Source: Anaerolineae bacterium
Lineage (GTDB): Bacteria; Chloroflexota; Anaerolineae; S140-20
Assembly (NCBI GenBank): GCA_027021705.1
Contig: JALUTT010000120.1
Coordinates: 1-64,000, forward strand
DNA length: 64,000 nt
Direction: 5' to 3'
A program made the position numbers and the translations under genes. Positions 54,317 through 64,000 of the stretch are shown here, piece by piece (the stretch's first letter is position 1; each line of letters begins with the position of its first letter). The notes below the pieces were generated by a model. The model saw only the letters and a program-made list of their open reading frames with translations, did no database searches and was not told the DNA's origin.

Positions 54317-55168
54317 ATGGAGATCGTGGATACCCACGCCCACTTGGACTTTCGAGCCTTTGACGGGGATCGGGAGGCCGTCGTCGCCCGAGCGGTCGAA
54401 GCCGGCCTGGTGGCCATCATCAACCCCGGCACCGATTTGGAGAGCAGCCGGGCCGCCGTCGCCCTGGCCGAGCGCTACCCCCGCGTCTACGCCGCCGTGG
54501 GCATCCACCCCACCTCGGCCCACCTGCTGGACGACGAGGCGCTGGCCGAACTGCGCCGGCTGGCCGCCCATCCCAAGGTCGTCGCCATCGGCGAGATCGG
54601 CCTGGACGATTACTGGCCCCGTGTGCCCGACCGGGGCTGGCGCTGCGCCACGCCGGAGGAGCAACACCGGGCTTTTCAGGCCCAACTGGACCTGGCGGCT
54701 GAACTGGACCTCCCCGTCATCATCCACGATCGGGAGGCCCACGATGCCGTCCTCGCCATGCTGGAGGCGTGGGTCCGGGGAGGGGAAGGACGACGGGGGG
54801 TGCTGCATTCCTTCTCGGGAGACGAAGCGATGGCCCGTCGGGCCGTGGAGATGGGGTTCTACATCGGCATCACCGGGCCGGTGACCTTCAAGAAGGCGGA
54901 AGGGTTGCGCCGGGTGGTGGCGACCGTCCCGATGGCGCGGTTGCTGGTCGAGACCGATGCGCCGTTCCTGACGCCCCACCCCTATCGGGGACGGCGCAAC
55001 GAGCCGGCCCATGTCCGGTTCGTCGTCCGGCGGATTGCTGAGGTGCGGGGAGTATCCCCGGAGACGGTGGCCTCCCAGACGACCCGCAACGCCACCACGC
55101 TCTTCAGCCGATTGCGGGTGGAGACCTTTCACCCACCCGCCCCGATGTCAGCCGGCCCCCGGTCTTAG
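54317..55168 (+). CDS. TatD family hydrolase
   Basis: DTHAH, GIHP, IGEIGLD, IHDREA, LHSFSG, ETDAP. Confidence 0.95.
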   Translation: MEIVDTHAHLDFRAFDGDREAVVARAVEAGLVAIINPGTDLESSRAAVALAERYPRVYAAVGIHPTSAHLLDDEALAELRRLAAHPKVVAIGEIGLDDYWPRVPDRGWRCATPEEQHRAFQAQLDLAAELDLPVIIHDREAHDAVLAMLEAWVRGGEGRRGVLHSFSGDEAMARRAVEMGFYIGITGPVTFKKAEGLRRVVATVPMARLLVETDAPFLTPHPYRGRRNEPAHVRFVVRRIAEVRGVSPETVASQTTRNATTLFSRLRVETFHPPAPMSAGPRS

Positions 55169-55191
55169 TTCATCGAGGAGAGGAAGCGCCT

Positions 55192-56160
55192 GTGAAGATA
55201 CAAACGATCCTGGAACCCCTGCGAGAAGATTTGAGGCGGGTTGAGCGCCGACTGCGCGAGGCCCCAATGGTCGAAGAGCACGCGGTTCTCACCGAGGCCA
55301 TTGACCATCTCTTCAGCAGCGGGGGCAAGCGGCTCCGACCAGCCCTGGTCCTGCTGGTCAGTCGCTTCTACCAGGCCGCCTCCGAGCGGACGATTGCCCT
55401 GGCCGCCGCCGTGGAGATGCTCCACACAGCCACCCTGGTCCACGATGATTTGATTGACGGCTCCCTAATGCGCCGGGGCAGTCCCACCCTCAACGCCCGC
55501 TGGTCCCCCGGAGCCACCGTGCTCACCGGTGATTATCTCTTCGCCCGGGCCGCTCACCTGGCCGCCCAGACCCAGAGCGTGCGGGTGATGGACATTTTTG
55601 CCCACACGCTGATGATCATCTGTACCGGGGAACTGCGCCAACTCTTCGATCGTTCCGAGGCCACCCTGGTGCGGGAAGCCTACTACCGCCGGATTTACGC
55701 CAAGACGGCCTCCCTCTTCGCCCTCTCCACCGAGGCAGCCGCCGTCCTGGGTGGGGCTCCCGAGGACGAGATCGCAGCGATGCGGGAGTACGGCCACCAA
55801 CTGGGCATGGCCTTCCAGATTGTGGACGACATCCTCGACTTCGTGGGGGATGAGCGGACGATGGGGAAGCCGGCCGGCAGCGACCTGCGCCAGGGGGTGA
55901 TCACGCTGCCCACCCTCTACTATCTGGAATGGCACCCCGAGGACCCCATCGTCGGCAGCGTGCTGAACGGTCACCGCGATGCCGAGACGGTGGCCCAAGC
56001 GGTGCAGCGGATCCGGGAGTCGGGGGCGGTGGAGGCGGCCCGGGAGGAAGCCCGCGCCTTCGCCCAGCGCAGCCGGCAGGCTCTCCGGGCCTTCCCCGAC
56101 GAGCCTCCCCGACAGGCGCTCTGGGGCCTGGCCGACTTCGTCGTTGAGCGCAGCCTGTAG
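55192..56160 (+). CDS. Polyprenyl diphosphate synthase
   Basis: GGKRLRP, HDDLID...RRG, KTASLF, FQIVDDILD. Confidence 0.93.
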   Translation: MKIQTILEPLREDLRRVERRLREAPMVEEHAVLTEAIDHLFSSGGKRLRPALVLLVSRFYQAASERTIALAAAVEMLHTATLVHDDLIDGSLMRRGSPTLNARWSPGATVLTGDYLFARAAHLAAQTQSVRVMDIFAHTLMIICTGELRQLFDRSEATLVREAYYRRIYAKTASLFALSTEAAAVLGGAPEDEIAAMREYGHQLGMAFQIVDDILDFVGDERTMGKPAGSDLRQGVITLPTLYYLEWHPEDPIVGSVLNGHRDAETVAQAVQRIRESGAVEAAREEARAFAQRSRQALRAFPDEPPRQALWGLADFVVERSL

Positions 56161-56169
56161 GCTCAGCGC

Positions 56170-57594
56170 CTACACCACGGTCCGGGTCAGGTGCTCCATC
56201 ACCCGGGTCAACTGCTCCAGATTGCGGCATTCCACCAGGAGGTCGCACTCCTGAGCGTACAGGTGGATGATGCTGTCGCCGTGGCCCCAGGCCCACTGGG
56301 ACTCCGGGTTGAGCCAGATGACCTGGCGGGAGCGGGCTCGGATCTCGGCCAGCGTCTCGACCTGCGGGTCGAAGAAGTTGCTCCGTCCATCCCCCAGGAT
56401 GATCACCGTCGTCCGCCTGTTGAGGGCGTCGCCGTAGAGCTCCAGGAACTGGCGGAAGACCTGACCGAAGTCGCTGTGAGCCCAGTAGCGGATGTTGGCC
56501 TCCCCCGTCGCCATCTCGATGGCCGCTTCCACAGGGTTCCGCTCGAAGAAACGGGTCACCTCGTCCACGTCGGCGATGAAGACGAAGGAACGCACCCGCC
56601 CCCGCTGCTGCTGGAGGCTGTAGACCAGTTGCAGCATAAAGCGGGAGGCGTTGCGCACCGATGAGGAGACGTCACACAGCACGGCCAGCCGGAGCCGGTT
56701 GCGCTGCTGCTCCTTGAAGACCAGCTCCATCGGAACGCCGGCCGTCCTGTGGCTGGCCCGGAGCGTCCGGCTCACGTCCAGCCGCCTCACCCCTCCCCGT
56801 CGCATCCGCCGCGCCACGTCCGCCCGCAGCTTCTGGGCCAGTTGGTCCACCACCTCCTGCATCGCCTGCACCTCCTCCTCGGTGAACTGAGCGAAGGTCT
56901 TCTGCTGGAGCGCCTTGGGCACCAGCCGGGAGGGGGTGCGCGGGTGCATCCGATCGTAAGCTTCCTGGACCTGGTCGGCGACCCAGCGGGGGAAGAGTTC
57001 CTGGAGCTCCCACAGCCGCTGCCGGACCTGTTGGGCCAGCTCGAACTCACCGGCCGCCTGCAGCGTCCGGGCGAGCTGGATCAGTTCGGCTTGGATGCGC
57101 CGCCAGCCCATCCGGTCCAGGATGTAGCGGGTCACCTGGCCGCGCTGGAGCAGGTTCTCCAGTTGCTGCAACTGCTCCGGCGTCATATGGCGCAGCATCT
57201 CCGCCGTGATCACCATCACGTTGCCGGCCAGCAGCGCTTCCGTGAGCCGGCCCAGCGGCCGATGGCCCAGCCGCTCCATCGCCTCTCGGAGCCGCTGCAG
57301 GAACGCCTCGTGGGGTTTGAGCCGGCCCGGCAGCCCCGGCCCTTCCCGCTCTCCCTGACCGGGCAGGGGCAGCGGCTCCGCCGTCGGGCTGAAGTAGCGG
57401 TCGAAGAGTTCGTCGAAGAGGGGGATGTCCCGCTGCTGTTTGACCAATGCTGCCCGCAGGGCGGCCTTCAACGTCGGGCGGTGGCGGAGCCCCACCTGCC
57501 GCGCCGCCAGGAAGGCGTCCAGCGCCTCACCGCTGGAGACGCGCAGCCCCGCCCGCCGCAGGACCTGGATGAACCCCACCAGCACCTCGTCCAT
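56170..57594 (-). CDS. CoxE-like VWA domain protein
   Basis: LRRAGLRVS..E, LCDVSSS MIDAS, ILGDGRSN, WLNPE, ECRNL. Confidence 0.88.
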   Translation of the reverse strand: MDEVLVGFIQVLRRAGLRVSSGEALDAFLAARQVGLRHRPTLKAALRAALVKQQRDIPLFDELFDRYFSPTAEPLPLPGQGEREGPGLPGRLKPHEAFLQRLREAMERLGHRPLGRLTEALLAGNVMVITAEMLRHMTPEQLQQLENLLQRGQVTRYILDRMGWRRIQAELIQLARTLQAAGEFELAQQVRQRLWELQELFPRWVADQVQEAYDRMHPRTPSRLVPKALQQKTFAQFTEEEVQAMQEVVDQLAQKLRADVARRMRRGGVRRLDVSRTLRASHRTAGVPMELVFKEQQRNRLRLAVLCDVSSSVRNASRFMLQLVYSLQQQRGRVRSFVFIADVDEVTRFFERNPVEAAIEMATGEANIRYWAHSDFGQVFRQFLELYGDALNRRTTVIILGDGRSNFFDPQVETLAEIRARSRQVIWLNPESQWAWGHGDSIIHLYAQECDLLVECRNLEQLTRVMEHLTRTVV

Positions 57595-57596
57595 CC

Positions 57597-58550
57597 TCAC
57601 ACCTCCCACTCCTGCAGCCGCCACCGGGCCCGCTGGATCAGCTCGTCGAGGGAGGGGCGGATGCGGGCGTGATCGCCCTCGTGCTTGATGATCACCCCCA
57701 GCGTGCGGGCCACCTCCTCGATGCCCAGATGCCGGACGTTGAGGAGGGCCAGAGCTCGGGCCCAGTCCAGCGTCTCGCTCATCCCGGGGACCTTCTTGAG
57801 GGCCAGGCTGCGGACCTCCTGGACGAAGGCGACCACCTCGGCCGCCAGGCTGTGGGTCGCCTCCGGCACCCGCACCCGCACCACCTCCAACTCCTCGTGG
57901 AAGGAAGGGTAGTTGATGAAGAGGTGCAGGCAGCGCCGCTTGAGGGCATCGGAGAGCTCCCGGGCCTGGTTGCTGGTCAGGACGACAAAGGGCTGGGTGC
58001 GGGCGCGGATGGTGCCCAACTCCGGCACGCTGACCTGGAAGTCGCTGAGCACTTCCAGCAGGAAGGCCTCGAACTCCGGGTCCGCCTTGTCCACCTCGTC
58101 CACCAGGAGCACCGGGCGCTGCTCTGCCAGGAGGGCCCGCAGGAGGGGGCGGGGCAGGAGGAAGCGCTCGGAGAAGAAGAGGTCCTCCTCCTCGGCGATG
58201 CGCTCGAAGGCTTCGCGTAGGGTGCGGGTGTCGGCCAGCAGCTCGCCTACCCGGTCCCGCAGCACCTGGGTGTAGAGCATCTGCTTGGCATACTGCCACT
58301 CGTAGAGCGCCTTGGCCTCGTCCAGCCCCTCATAGCACTGCAGCCGGATCAGCTCGGTCCCCAGCGCATCGGCCACCGCTTTGGAGAGCTCCGTCTTGCC
58401 CACTCCCGCCGGCCCCTCCACCAACAGCGGCTTGCCCAGTTGATCGGCCAGGTAGACGACCGTGGCGATGTCGTCACCGGCCAGGTAGCGGACGGTGCGC
58501 AATCGTCGTTTGACATCTTCCACCGACTGGAACTGGGAGAGCTGCGACAT
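57597..58550 (-). CDS. CoxD-like MoxR AAA+ ATPase
   Basis: EGPAGVGKT, RLQCYEGLD, LVDEVDK, LSDALKRRC, ETLDW. Confidence 0.92.
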   Translation of the reverse strand: MSQLSQFQSVEDVKRRLRTVRYLAGDDIATVVYLADQLGKPLLVEGPAGVGKTELSKAVADALGTELIRLQCYEGLDEAKALYEWQYAKQMLYTQVLRDRVGELLADTRTLREAFERIAEEEDLFFSERFLLPRPLLRALLAEQRPVLLVDEVDKADPEFEAFLLEVLSDFQVSVPELGTIRARTQPFVVLTSNQARELSDALKRRCLHLFINYPSFHEELEVVRVRVPEATHSLAAEVVAFVQEVRSLALKKVPGMSETLDWARALALLNVRHLGIEEVARTLGVIIKHEGDHARIRPSLDELIQRARWRLQEWEV

Positions 58551-58620
58551 CAGGTTCCTTCCTTTCCTTGGCCTAAACGGACTTAAACGGCGCTGACCCC
58601 AGGCGCTTGGGGGATAGGTC

Positions 58621-59502
58621 TCATCCTTTCACAGCCCACAGGTAAGCGACGGCCTGGCACTGCCGGCCCTGCCGGGCTTCGATCAGAGGGCGCAGGTGGG
58701 CCTCGAAACGGGCCGCCTCTTCGGGGGTGAGGACTTGGGCGATCACCTCTCCCAGGGCGGGGACGCGCGGGTTGGGCGGTGCCCGCATCGCCACCTCCCA
58801 CGAGGGCGGCCAGGTCGGCGGCTGGAGGTCCACCCGCAGCTCCAGGTGGATTTCGGCGAAGCCGGCCGCCTCGCTGTACCGGAGCAGGTCCCGCTCGTCG
58901 AAGTTGAGCATCGGGTCGGTCTCGTCGGGCTGATGCTGTCGGTAGAAGGCCCGGATCCGCCGGACCAGGTCCGCCACCGGCGTGAGGTCGTACCCCCAGA
59001 GGCGGGTGTCGGACCGGTCGCTGAGCCCATAGCGGTTGATGGGCTCGAAGAGGGAGATGCGACCGCCGGGCCGGAGCACCCGGTGGAAGGCCCGGAAGGC
59101 CGCCGCTTTGTCGGCGACGTAGATGAGCACCGAACGGGTGGTGACGACGTCCACCGACCCATCGGCGATGGACCGCAGGTCCTCGGCGGCGGCCCGGACG
59201 AAGCTACAGCGGTCGGCCACCCCCATCTGTTCGGCCAGAGCACGGGCGTGGTCCAACAGAGGCTGGGAAATGTCGCTGAGGATGACGCGCCCCGTGGGAC
59301 CGACCCGTTCCAGGGCACCGAAGGCGATGAGGCCATCGCCGGCCCCCACGTCGAGGAGCGTTTCCCCCTCCCGGACCTGCGCGTGGTCGAGGACCTTGTC
59401 GCGGATGGCGTAGAGAAGGCGCAGGGCCTCCGCCGCGTAAGTCTCATCCCCGCCAAAGCGGGTCTCGATCACCCACCGCGCCCAGGGGTCCTGCTCAGCC
59501 AT
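58621..59502 (-). CDS. Class I SAM-dependent methyltransferase
   Basis: LLDVGAGDG, DVV, RVLRPGG. Confidence 0.88.
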   Translation of the reverse strand: MAEQDPWARWVIETRFGGDETYAAEALRLLYAIRDKVLDHAQVREGETLLDVGAGDGLIAFGALERVGPTGRVILSDISQPLLDHARALAEQMGVADRCSFVRAAAEDLRSIADGSVDVVTTRSVLIYVADKAAAFRAFHRVLRPGGRISLFEPINRYGLSDRSDTRLWGYDLTPVADLVRRIRAFYRQHQPDETDPMLNFDERDLLRYSEAAGFAEIHLELRVDLQPPTWPPSWEVAMRAPPNPRVPALGEVIAQVLTPEEAARFEAHLRPLIEARQGRQCQAVAYLWAVKG

Positions 59503-59516
59503 GGAACCGCCTCCCC

Positions 59517-59582
59517 ACCCTCCTGCAGGTCACGCGATGCGCGGCGACAGCGATGGCTTATCGTAGGAACCTGCAGGAGGAT
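59517..59582. repeat. Internally deleted family A element
   Basis: ACCCTCCTGCAGG...CCTGCAGGAGGAT; both arms carry matching substitutions. Confidence 0.8.
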
Positions 59583-59710
59583 CAGTCCATCCTGAGCCAA
59601 TAGGCGAACGAAAACGTTGGTCAAATTATACCACCGAATCGGTCGGGGCGCGAATCCCCAGGACCGCTCCGGTTGTCGAAAGCGCCAAATCGTGATAACA
59701 TCCTCCCGCT

Positions 59711-62194
59711 ATGGACACCCAGACCCCTTGCCAGTTCTCAGAACCGTCCTCAAAGCCCAGGGTACCCTTGCCCCTTCCTCTGATCGGCGTGCTCTTCCTC
59801 CTGCTATCCGTCGGCCTCGCCTGCCGGTCCACCTCGGGTCGCCCTGTGCCTCCTGCGGCCTCCCCCCTTGTCTCCCCGGAGGGTGTTGGGGCTCAGGCCG
59901 CACCCATCACGCTCGGCCCCACGGCGACGCCCACGCCCACAGCAACGGCGACGCCGACACCCAGCCCCACCCCGACGCCGACCCCTTCCCCTCGGGAACT
60001 CCTGACGGAGGCGGAGCGCCACGCCCACAACGGCAACTACGAGGCGGCCGCCGTCGCCTGCCTCACCGCCCTGCGACTCGCCGCCCCCCCGGCAACGAAG
60101 GCCGATGCCCGTTTCTGCCTGGGGGCCAACCTGCTCTGGTCCGGTTCCTACGACGAGGCCGTCGAGGCACTCCAGACCTTCCTCCGGCGGCATCCCGACG
60201 ATCCCCGGCTCCCCCAGGCCCGCCTCCTGCTGGCCGAGGCGCTGCAGGGGGTGGGGCGGCCTCAGGAGGCCGCCGATCACTACCGGCAGGTCCTCCAGGA
60301 GGACGACACCCTGGCTCCCTACCTCTACCGCTGGCTGGGTGATGCCTACCGGGAGGCCGGCGATTTCGAGGCAGCCGTCACCGCCTACCAAGAGGCGATC
60401 CGCCGTGCCCCCCGCACCGACTTCCTGGTCGAAGTACGGGAGAAGCTGGGGCTCACCTATGCGGCCCTGGGTGACTACGCCAGCGCCTTGGCCCAGTACG
60501 ACGCCATCTTGGCGGTCGCCGAGCAGCCCGCCTACCGGGCCCGCATCGCCTACCAGGCGGCCCAGACCCTCTTGATCGCCGGGGGAGAGGAGGCCGCTTA
60601 CACCCGCTTGCAGCAGATCGTCAACCGCTACCCGGCCACCCGATCCGCCTACCAGGCCCTGGTGGACCTGCTCAACGCCGGCCAGCCGGTGGACGAGTTC
60701 CAGCGGGGGCTGGTGGACTACTACAACGACGCTTACACACCGGCCATCGCCGCTTTCTACCGCTACATCGAGGCCAACCCCGAGGACCACTCCGGCAGCG
60801 CCCACTACTACGCCGGCCTCTCCTACCGCGCCCTGGGCAATTACGCGGCCGCCATCGAGGAGTTCCAGACCCTCCTCGACACCCACCCGGAGAACCGTCG
60901 CTGGGGGGAGGCTTGGCTGGCCCTGGCCTGGACCCGCTACCTGGCCGAGGACTCCCAGGCGGCCGTCGAGTCCTACCTGGCCCTGGCCGACGACTACCCC
61001 GATCACCCTCAGGCTCCCAAAGCTCTCTGGTGGGCAGCCAAGGTCCTGGAGTGGTCCGGTGGCTATGAGGAGGCCGCCGAGGTCTACGCCCGGCTGGCCG
61101 CCGACTACCCCGCCGACGAGCATGCCGGCGACGCTGCCTTCCTGGCCGGCCTCAGCGCCTATCGGGCCGGCGACGTGGCCGCTGCCCAATCGGCCTGGCG
61201 GGCGGCCTCCCCTACCGCGGCTACCACCTTCTGGCTGGGGAAGAGTTACTTGCAGGCAGGACATCCCCTCTCGGCGACCCAAGCCCTCAGCCGGACCCTG
61301 CTCCTGGATCCCACCGGCTACTACGGCCGGCGGGCGGCCGACCTGCTGTCTGACCGTCCGCCCTTCGCCCCCCTCTCCGCCACCCTGACCCTCAGCCCCA
61401 CGGCCCAGGTGGAGGCCGAGACCTGGTTGGCCAACTGGCTGGGCATCACGTCCACCCAGCGGCTCCGCACCCTCCCCCCGGCCCTGGCTGCGGACCCCCG
61501 CTGGCGGCGGGGGACGGCGCTGTGGGCGCTGGGCCATCGGGAGGAGGCGAAGGCCGAGCTGGAATCCCTGCGGGCGGCCTACACCCGGGACCCCCTGGCC
61601 CTCTACCCCTTGGCCCTCGCCTTCCGCGATCTGGGCCTCTACCGCTCGTCCATCCTGGCCGCCAATGCCCTGATCCGTCTCTCGCCCGCCACCACCGTCT
61701 ACGAGGCCCCTCCCTTCCTCGTCAGCCTGGCCTATCCCACCCCCTACGCCGACCTGGTGCTCCCCCAGGCCCAGACCTACCACCTGGACCCGCTCCTCGT
61801 CTTTGCCGTCATCCGCCAGGAGAGCCTCTTCGAGGGGTTCGCCACCTCCTACGCGGCAGCGCGGGGGCTGATGCAGGTGATCCCTAGCACCGGGCGCTAC
61901 ATCGCTGGGCAGCTTCGCTGGCCTGACTACGACGATGGCGACCTCTACAGGCCCTACGTTAGCATCGCCTTCGGGACCTGGTACCTGGCCGAGCAGCGGG
62001 ACCGTTTCGACGGCGACCTCTTCGCCGCCCTGGCGGCCTACAACGCCGGTCCGGGCAACAGCCGGCGCTGGAAGGAGGCGGCCCCCGACGATCCGGACCT
62101 CTTCGTCGAGACCATCCGCTTCCAGGAGACCCGTCGCTACGTCCGAGCCATCTACAGCCACTACGCCGTCTACCGCTGGCTCTACGGCGATTAG
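59711..62194 (+). CDS. TPR-containing soluble lytic transglycosylase lipoprotein
   Basis: GLAC lipobox, PT linker, many TPRs, IRQES, GLMQ, AAYNAG, ETRRYV. Confidence 0.92.
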   Translation: MDTQTPCQFSEPSSKPRVPLPLPLIGVLFLLLSVGLACRSTSGRPVPPAASPLVSPEGVGAQAAPITLGPTATPTPTATATPTPSPTPTPTPSPRELLTEAERHAHNGNYEAAAVACLTALRLAAPPATKADARFCLGANLLWSGSYDEAVEALQTFLRRHPDDPRLPQARLLLAEALQGVGRPQEAADHYRQVLQEDDTLAPYLYRWLGDAYREAGDFEAAVTAYQEAIRRAPRTDFLVEVREKLGLTYAALGDYASALAQYDAILAVAEQPAYRARIAYQAAQTLLIAGGEEAAYTRLQQIVNRYPATRSAYQALVDLLNAGQPVDEFQRGLVDYYNDAYTPAIAAFYRYIEANPEDHSGSAHYYAGLSYRALGNYAAAIEEFQTLLDTHPENRRWGEAWLALAWTRYLAEDSQAAVESYLALADDYPDHPQAPKALWWAAKVLEWSGGYEEAAEVYARLAADYPADEHAGDAAFLAGLSAYRAGDVAAAQSAWRAASPTAATTFWLGKSYLQAGHPLSATQALSRTLLLDPTGYYGRRAADLLSDRPPFAPLSATLTLSPTAQVEAETWLANWLGITSTQRLRTLPPALAADPRWRRGTALWALGHREEAKAELESLRAAYTRDPLALYPLALAFRDLGLYRSSILAANALIRLSPATTVYEAPPFLVSLAYPTPYADLVLPQAQTYHLDPLLVFAVIRQESLFEGFATSYAAARGLMQVIPSTGRYIAGQLRWPDYDDGDLYRPYVSIAFGTWYLAEQRDRFDGDLFAALAAYNAGPGNSRRWKEAAPDDPDLFVETIRFQETRRYVRAIYSHYAVYRWLYGD

Positions 62195-62270
62195 TCCTCG
62201 GTCCTCGGTCCTCGGTCGGGTGGTCGGCGGTCGGCGGTCCGCCGATAGCGGACCGCCACCGGCCGGCCGC
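62195..62270. repeat. Short 7-bp tandem repeats (GTCCTCG / CGGTCGG type)
   Basis: GTCCTCG x3, TGGTCGG CGGTCGG, inverted GACCGCC; similar tracts at ~13480, 16187, 32270 and 40001. Confidence 0.65.
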
Positions 62271-62351
62271 CCCTTGTGCCTGGGTGAAGATTTGGGTATA
62301 ATAGCACTGGCCCTTGGAAAAGCCGGTCTTGAGCGCACCCAGGAGAGCACA

Positions 62352-63179
62352 ATGGGCGAGGAAAGTGAATGGCTCCCTCAAAGCGCTGCCGGGGCGCCGG
62401 AGTCCGACGAGAGATCCCCGGCGGACTTCCTGTCCGGTGAAGAGACTGCTGTGACACCGGCCTGGGAAACCTTCGACCCGCCCGAGGAGACAGAGACCCT
62501 ACCGCTAAGCGTGTCGCCGGATGAGACCACGCTGCTGCCCCCCAATGACACAGAAGCGTTGCCTGCTATCCCGCCCGCTGCCTTTGTCCTGGTCATGGTG
62601 GTGGGCATCCTCCTGGCCATCTTGGCCTTCTTTTTCGGACGCATCACCGCACCCCGTGGGGGGACTACCGCCGGCGCGGTTGGGACTCTCCAGGCCCTCT
62701 CCCTCCAGGCCACAGCCCAGGCCCAGGCTCCCACCTCGACGCCCGTGGTCATCGTAGCCACCCCCACGCCCCCTCCGCCGACACCGACGCCGCCCCCTTC
62801 GCCTACCCCCACACCCACCCCTCGCGTTATCCTCCACGTCGTCCGCACCGGGGAGACGCTGCATCGCATCGCCCGCCGGTACGGCACCACCGTCGCCGCC
62901 ATCGCTGCGGCCAACCAGGTTGTCAACCCCAACTACATCCAGATCGGGCAGGTGCTGCGCATCCCCCTCCCTCCCGGCGTGGTGCCGGCAGCAGGCCAGG
63001 TCGTCCACGTCGTTCAGACAGGAGAGAACCTCTTCCGCATCGCCCGCTGCTACGGTCTCACCGTCGAAAGGGTGGCGGCCGTCAACGGCCTGTCCTATCC
63101 CTACACCGTCTACACCGGTCAGCGGCTGATCATCCCCGCCGCCGGTCCCTCCCGCTGCCCTGCCGGCGTGGATCCGTAA
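62352..63179 (+). CDS. Membrane-anchored 2x LysM protein
   Basis: TM, PT linker, HVVRTGETLHRIARRYG and HVVQTGENLFRIA. Confidence 0.88.
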   Translation: MGEESEWLPQSAAGAPESDERSPADFLSGEETAVTPAWETFDPPEETETLPLSVSPDETTLLPPNDTEALPAIPPAAFVLVMVVGILLAILAFFFGRITAPRGGTTAGAVGTLQALSLQATAQAQAPTSTPVVIVATPTPPPPTPTPPPSPTPTPTPRVILHVVRTGETLHRIARRYGTTVAAIAAANQVVNPNYIQIGQVLRIPLPPGVVPAAGQVVHVVQTGENLFRIARCYGLTVERVAAVNGLSYPYTVYTGQRLIIPAAGPSRCPAGVDP

Positions 63180-63216
63180 CTCCTTAACAAGAGCATAAAC
63201 CGGCCAGGAGCAAGCT

Positions 63217-63669
63217 ATGTCTGAAGCTATCCTCAACGAGGCAGAAGCAGAGCGCATCATCAGCCTACCAAAACGCATTGTGGGGTCGAAACAGTGGCAT
63301 CAACGTAATGATGGCAACTGGTACATAGAAATGCCGGTCGAAGCATCGGAGCAACTACCTCTTCGCCTTTACGGGCGTTTCAACCCGCGCACAGGTAACT
63401 ACACCTTCATCCTCTTTTATGGTCGCCTGAACTTGCGACGCCTTGATATGGGGAAAACCCATCACAACCCAGGCTGTGACAATGTGGGTTCTCCCCACAA
63501 ACACACGTGGACCGACCGTTTCCGCGACAAGTTAGCTTACATGCCCTCGGATATGAAAGCGACAGACTCCCTTGGCGATATTTTCGCGAAGTTCTTGGCT
63601 GAATGCAACATCGTCTTGGAAGGTCGTTTCAAGGAGCCCCCTCAAAGCTACCAGAGGAGGTTCATATGA
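63217..63669 (+). CDS. DUF6978-like protein
   Basis: IISLPKRI...LRRLD...HHNP...PHKH...F..ECNI pattern; lower GC. Confidence 0.6.
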   Translation: MSEAILNEAEAERIISLPKRIVGSKQWHQRNDGNWYIEMPVEASEQLPLRLYGRFNPRTGNYTFILFYGRLNLRRLDMGKTHHNPGCDNVGSPHKHTWTDRFRDKLAYMPSDMKATDSLGDIFAKFLAECNIVLEGRFKEPPQSYQRRFI

Positions 63670-64000
63670 ACTGCGGACAACTGAGAGAAAAGGCGTTGAC
63701 CCAGTTGCCCCTGCTATTCACCTGCAGCGAGGAAGACGACTACCTGAAGATCACCACGCCGTATCTCCACCCTGATGGCGACTACATTGACCTTTATCTG
63801 GTCGAACTGCCCACCGGCCTGTATCTCACCGATCTGGGCGAGACAATAGGCTATCTGGCCGACCACGGCATCCGCCTCGAACAATCGCCCAAACGACGAA
63901 AGGCCGTCGAAGACGTGCTCCTCACCCACGGCGTGGAGATGTTCCGAGGCGAGTTGCGGGTGCCTTTGGACACCTGGGAGAAAGCCGCCTGGGCTGTGAC
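63666..64000 (+). CDS. DUF1828-like protein (truncated by window edge; not in ORF track)
   Basis: ATGA overlap; MNCGQL...ITTPYLHPDGDYIDLY...LTDLGETI; open to the end. Confidence 0.7.
   Translation, partial: MNCGQLREKALTQLPLLFTCSEEDDYLKITTPYLHPDGDYIDLYLVELPTGLYLTDLGETIGYLADHGIRLEQSPKRRKAVEDVLLTHGVEMFRGELRVPLDTWEKAAWAV

Overview
High-GC bacterial chromosomal window. It is most likely Chloroflexota/Anaerolineae (inference from a VYLPLVL motif, WLWLS-type TPR modules, Pro/Thr-rich linkers and the repeat families). The backbone is housekeeping and envelope genes: prmA, miaB, glgP, clpB, ggt, S1 protein plus a sigma-70, gatC/gatA, tRNA-Leu-tig-clpP, an ECF sigma/anti-sigma pair, a Dpp-type ABC transporter, ahcY, rmd-gmd-manB, TatD, a polyprenyl synthase, CoxD/CoxE and several LysM/lytic enzymes. 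Small conflict modules and MITE/REP repeats are scattered through it. The best candidate for a new system is a coupled three-gene module at 42968-46324: a caspase-like CHAT protease with an intact His/Cys dyad, an Rpn nuclease with an internal SD+ATG for a small C-terminal protein, and a short STAND-like ATPase. The protease and ATPase share an amyloid-signalling-like motif, (I/V)GDVAGRDI.K. Other highlights are a 439-aa LAGLIDADG intein in the active-site motif of GDP-mannose 4,6-dehydratase, a promoter-driven tandem structured RNA candidate upstream of glgP, HEPN/MNT modules interleaved in the gatC-gatA operon, an ABC-ATPase/PIN pair, and 11-bp-periodic operator arrays at the clpB and glgP promoters. 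All family calls come from motif recognition by eye; no database searches were run.
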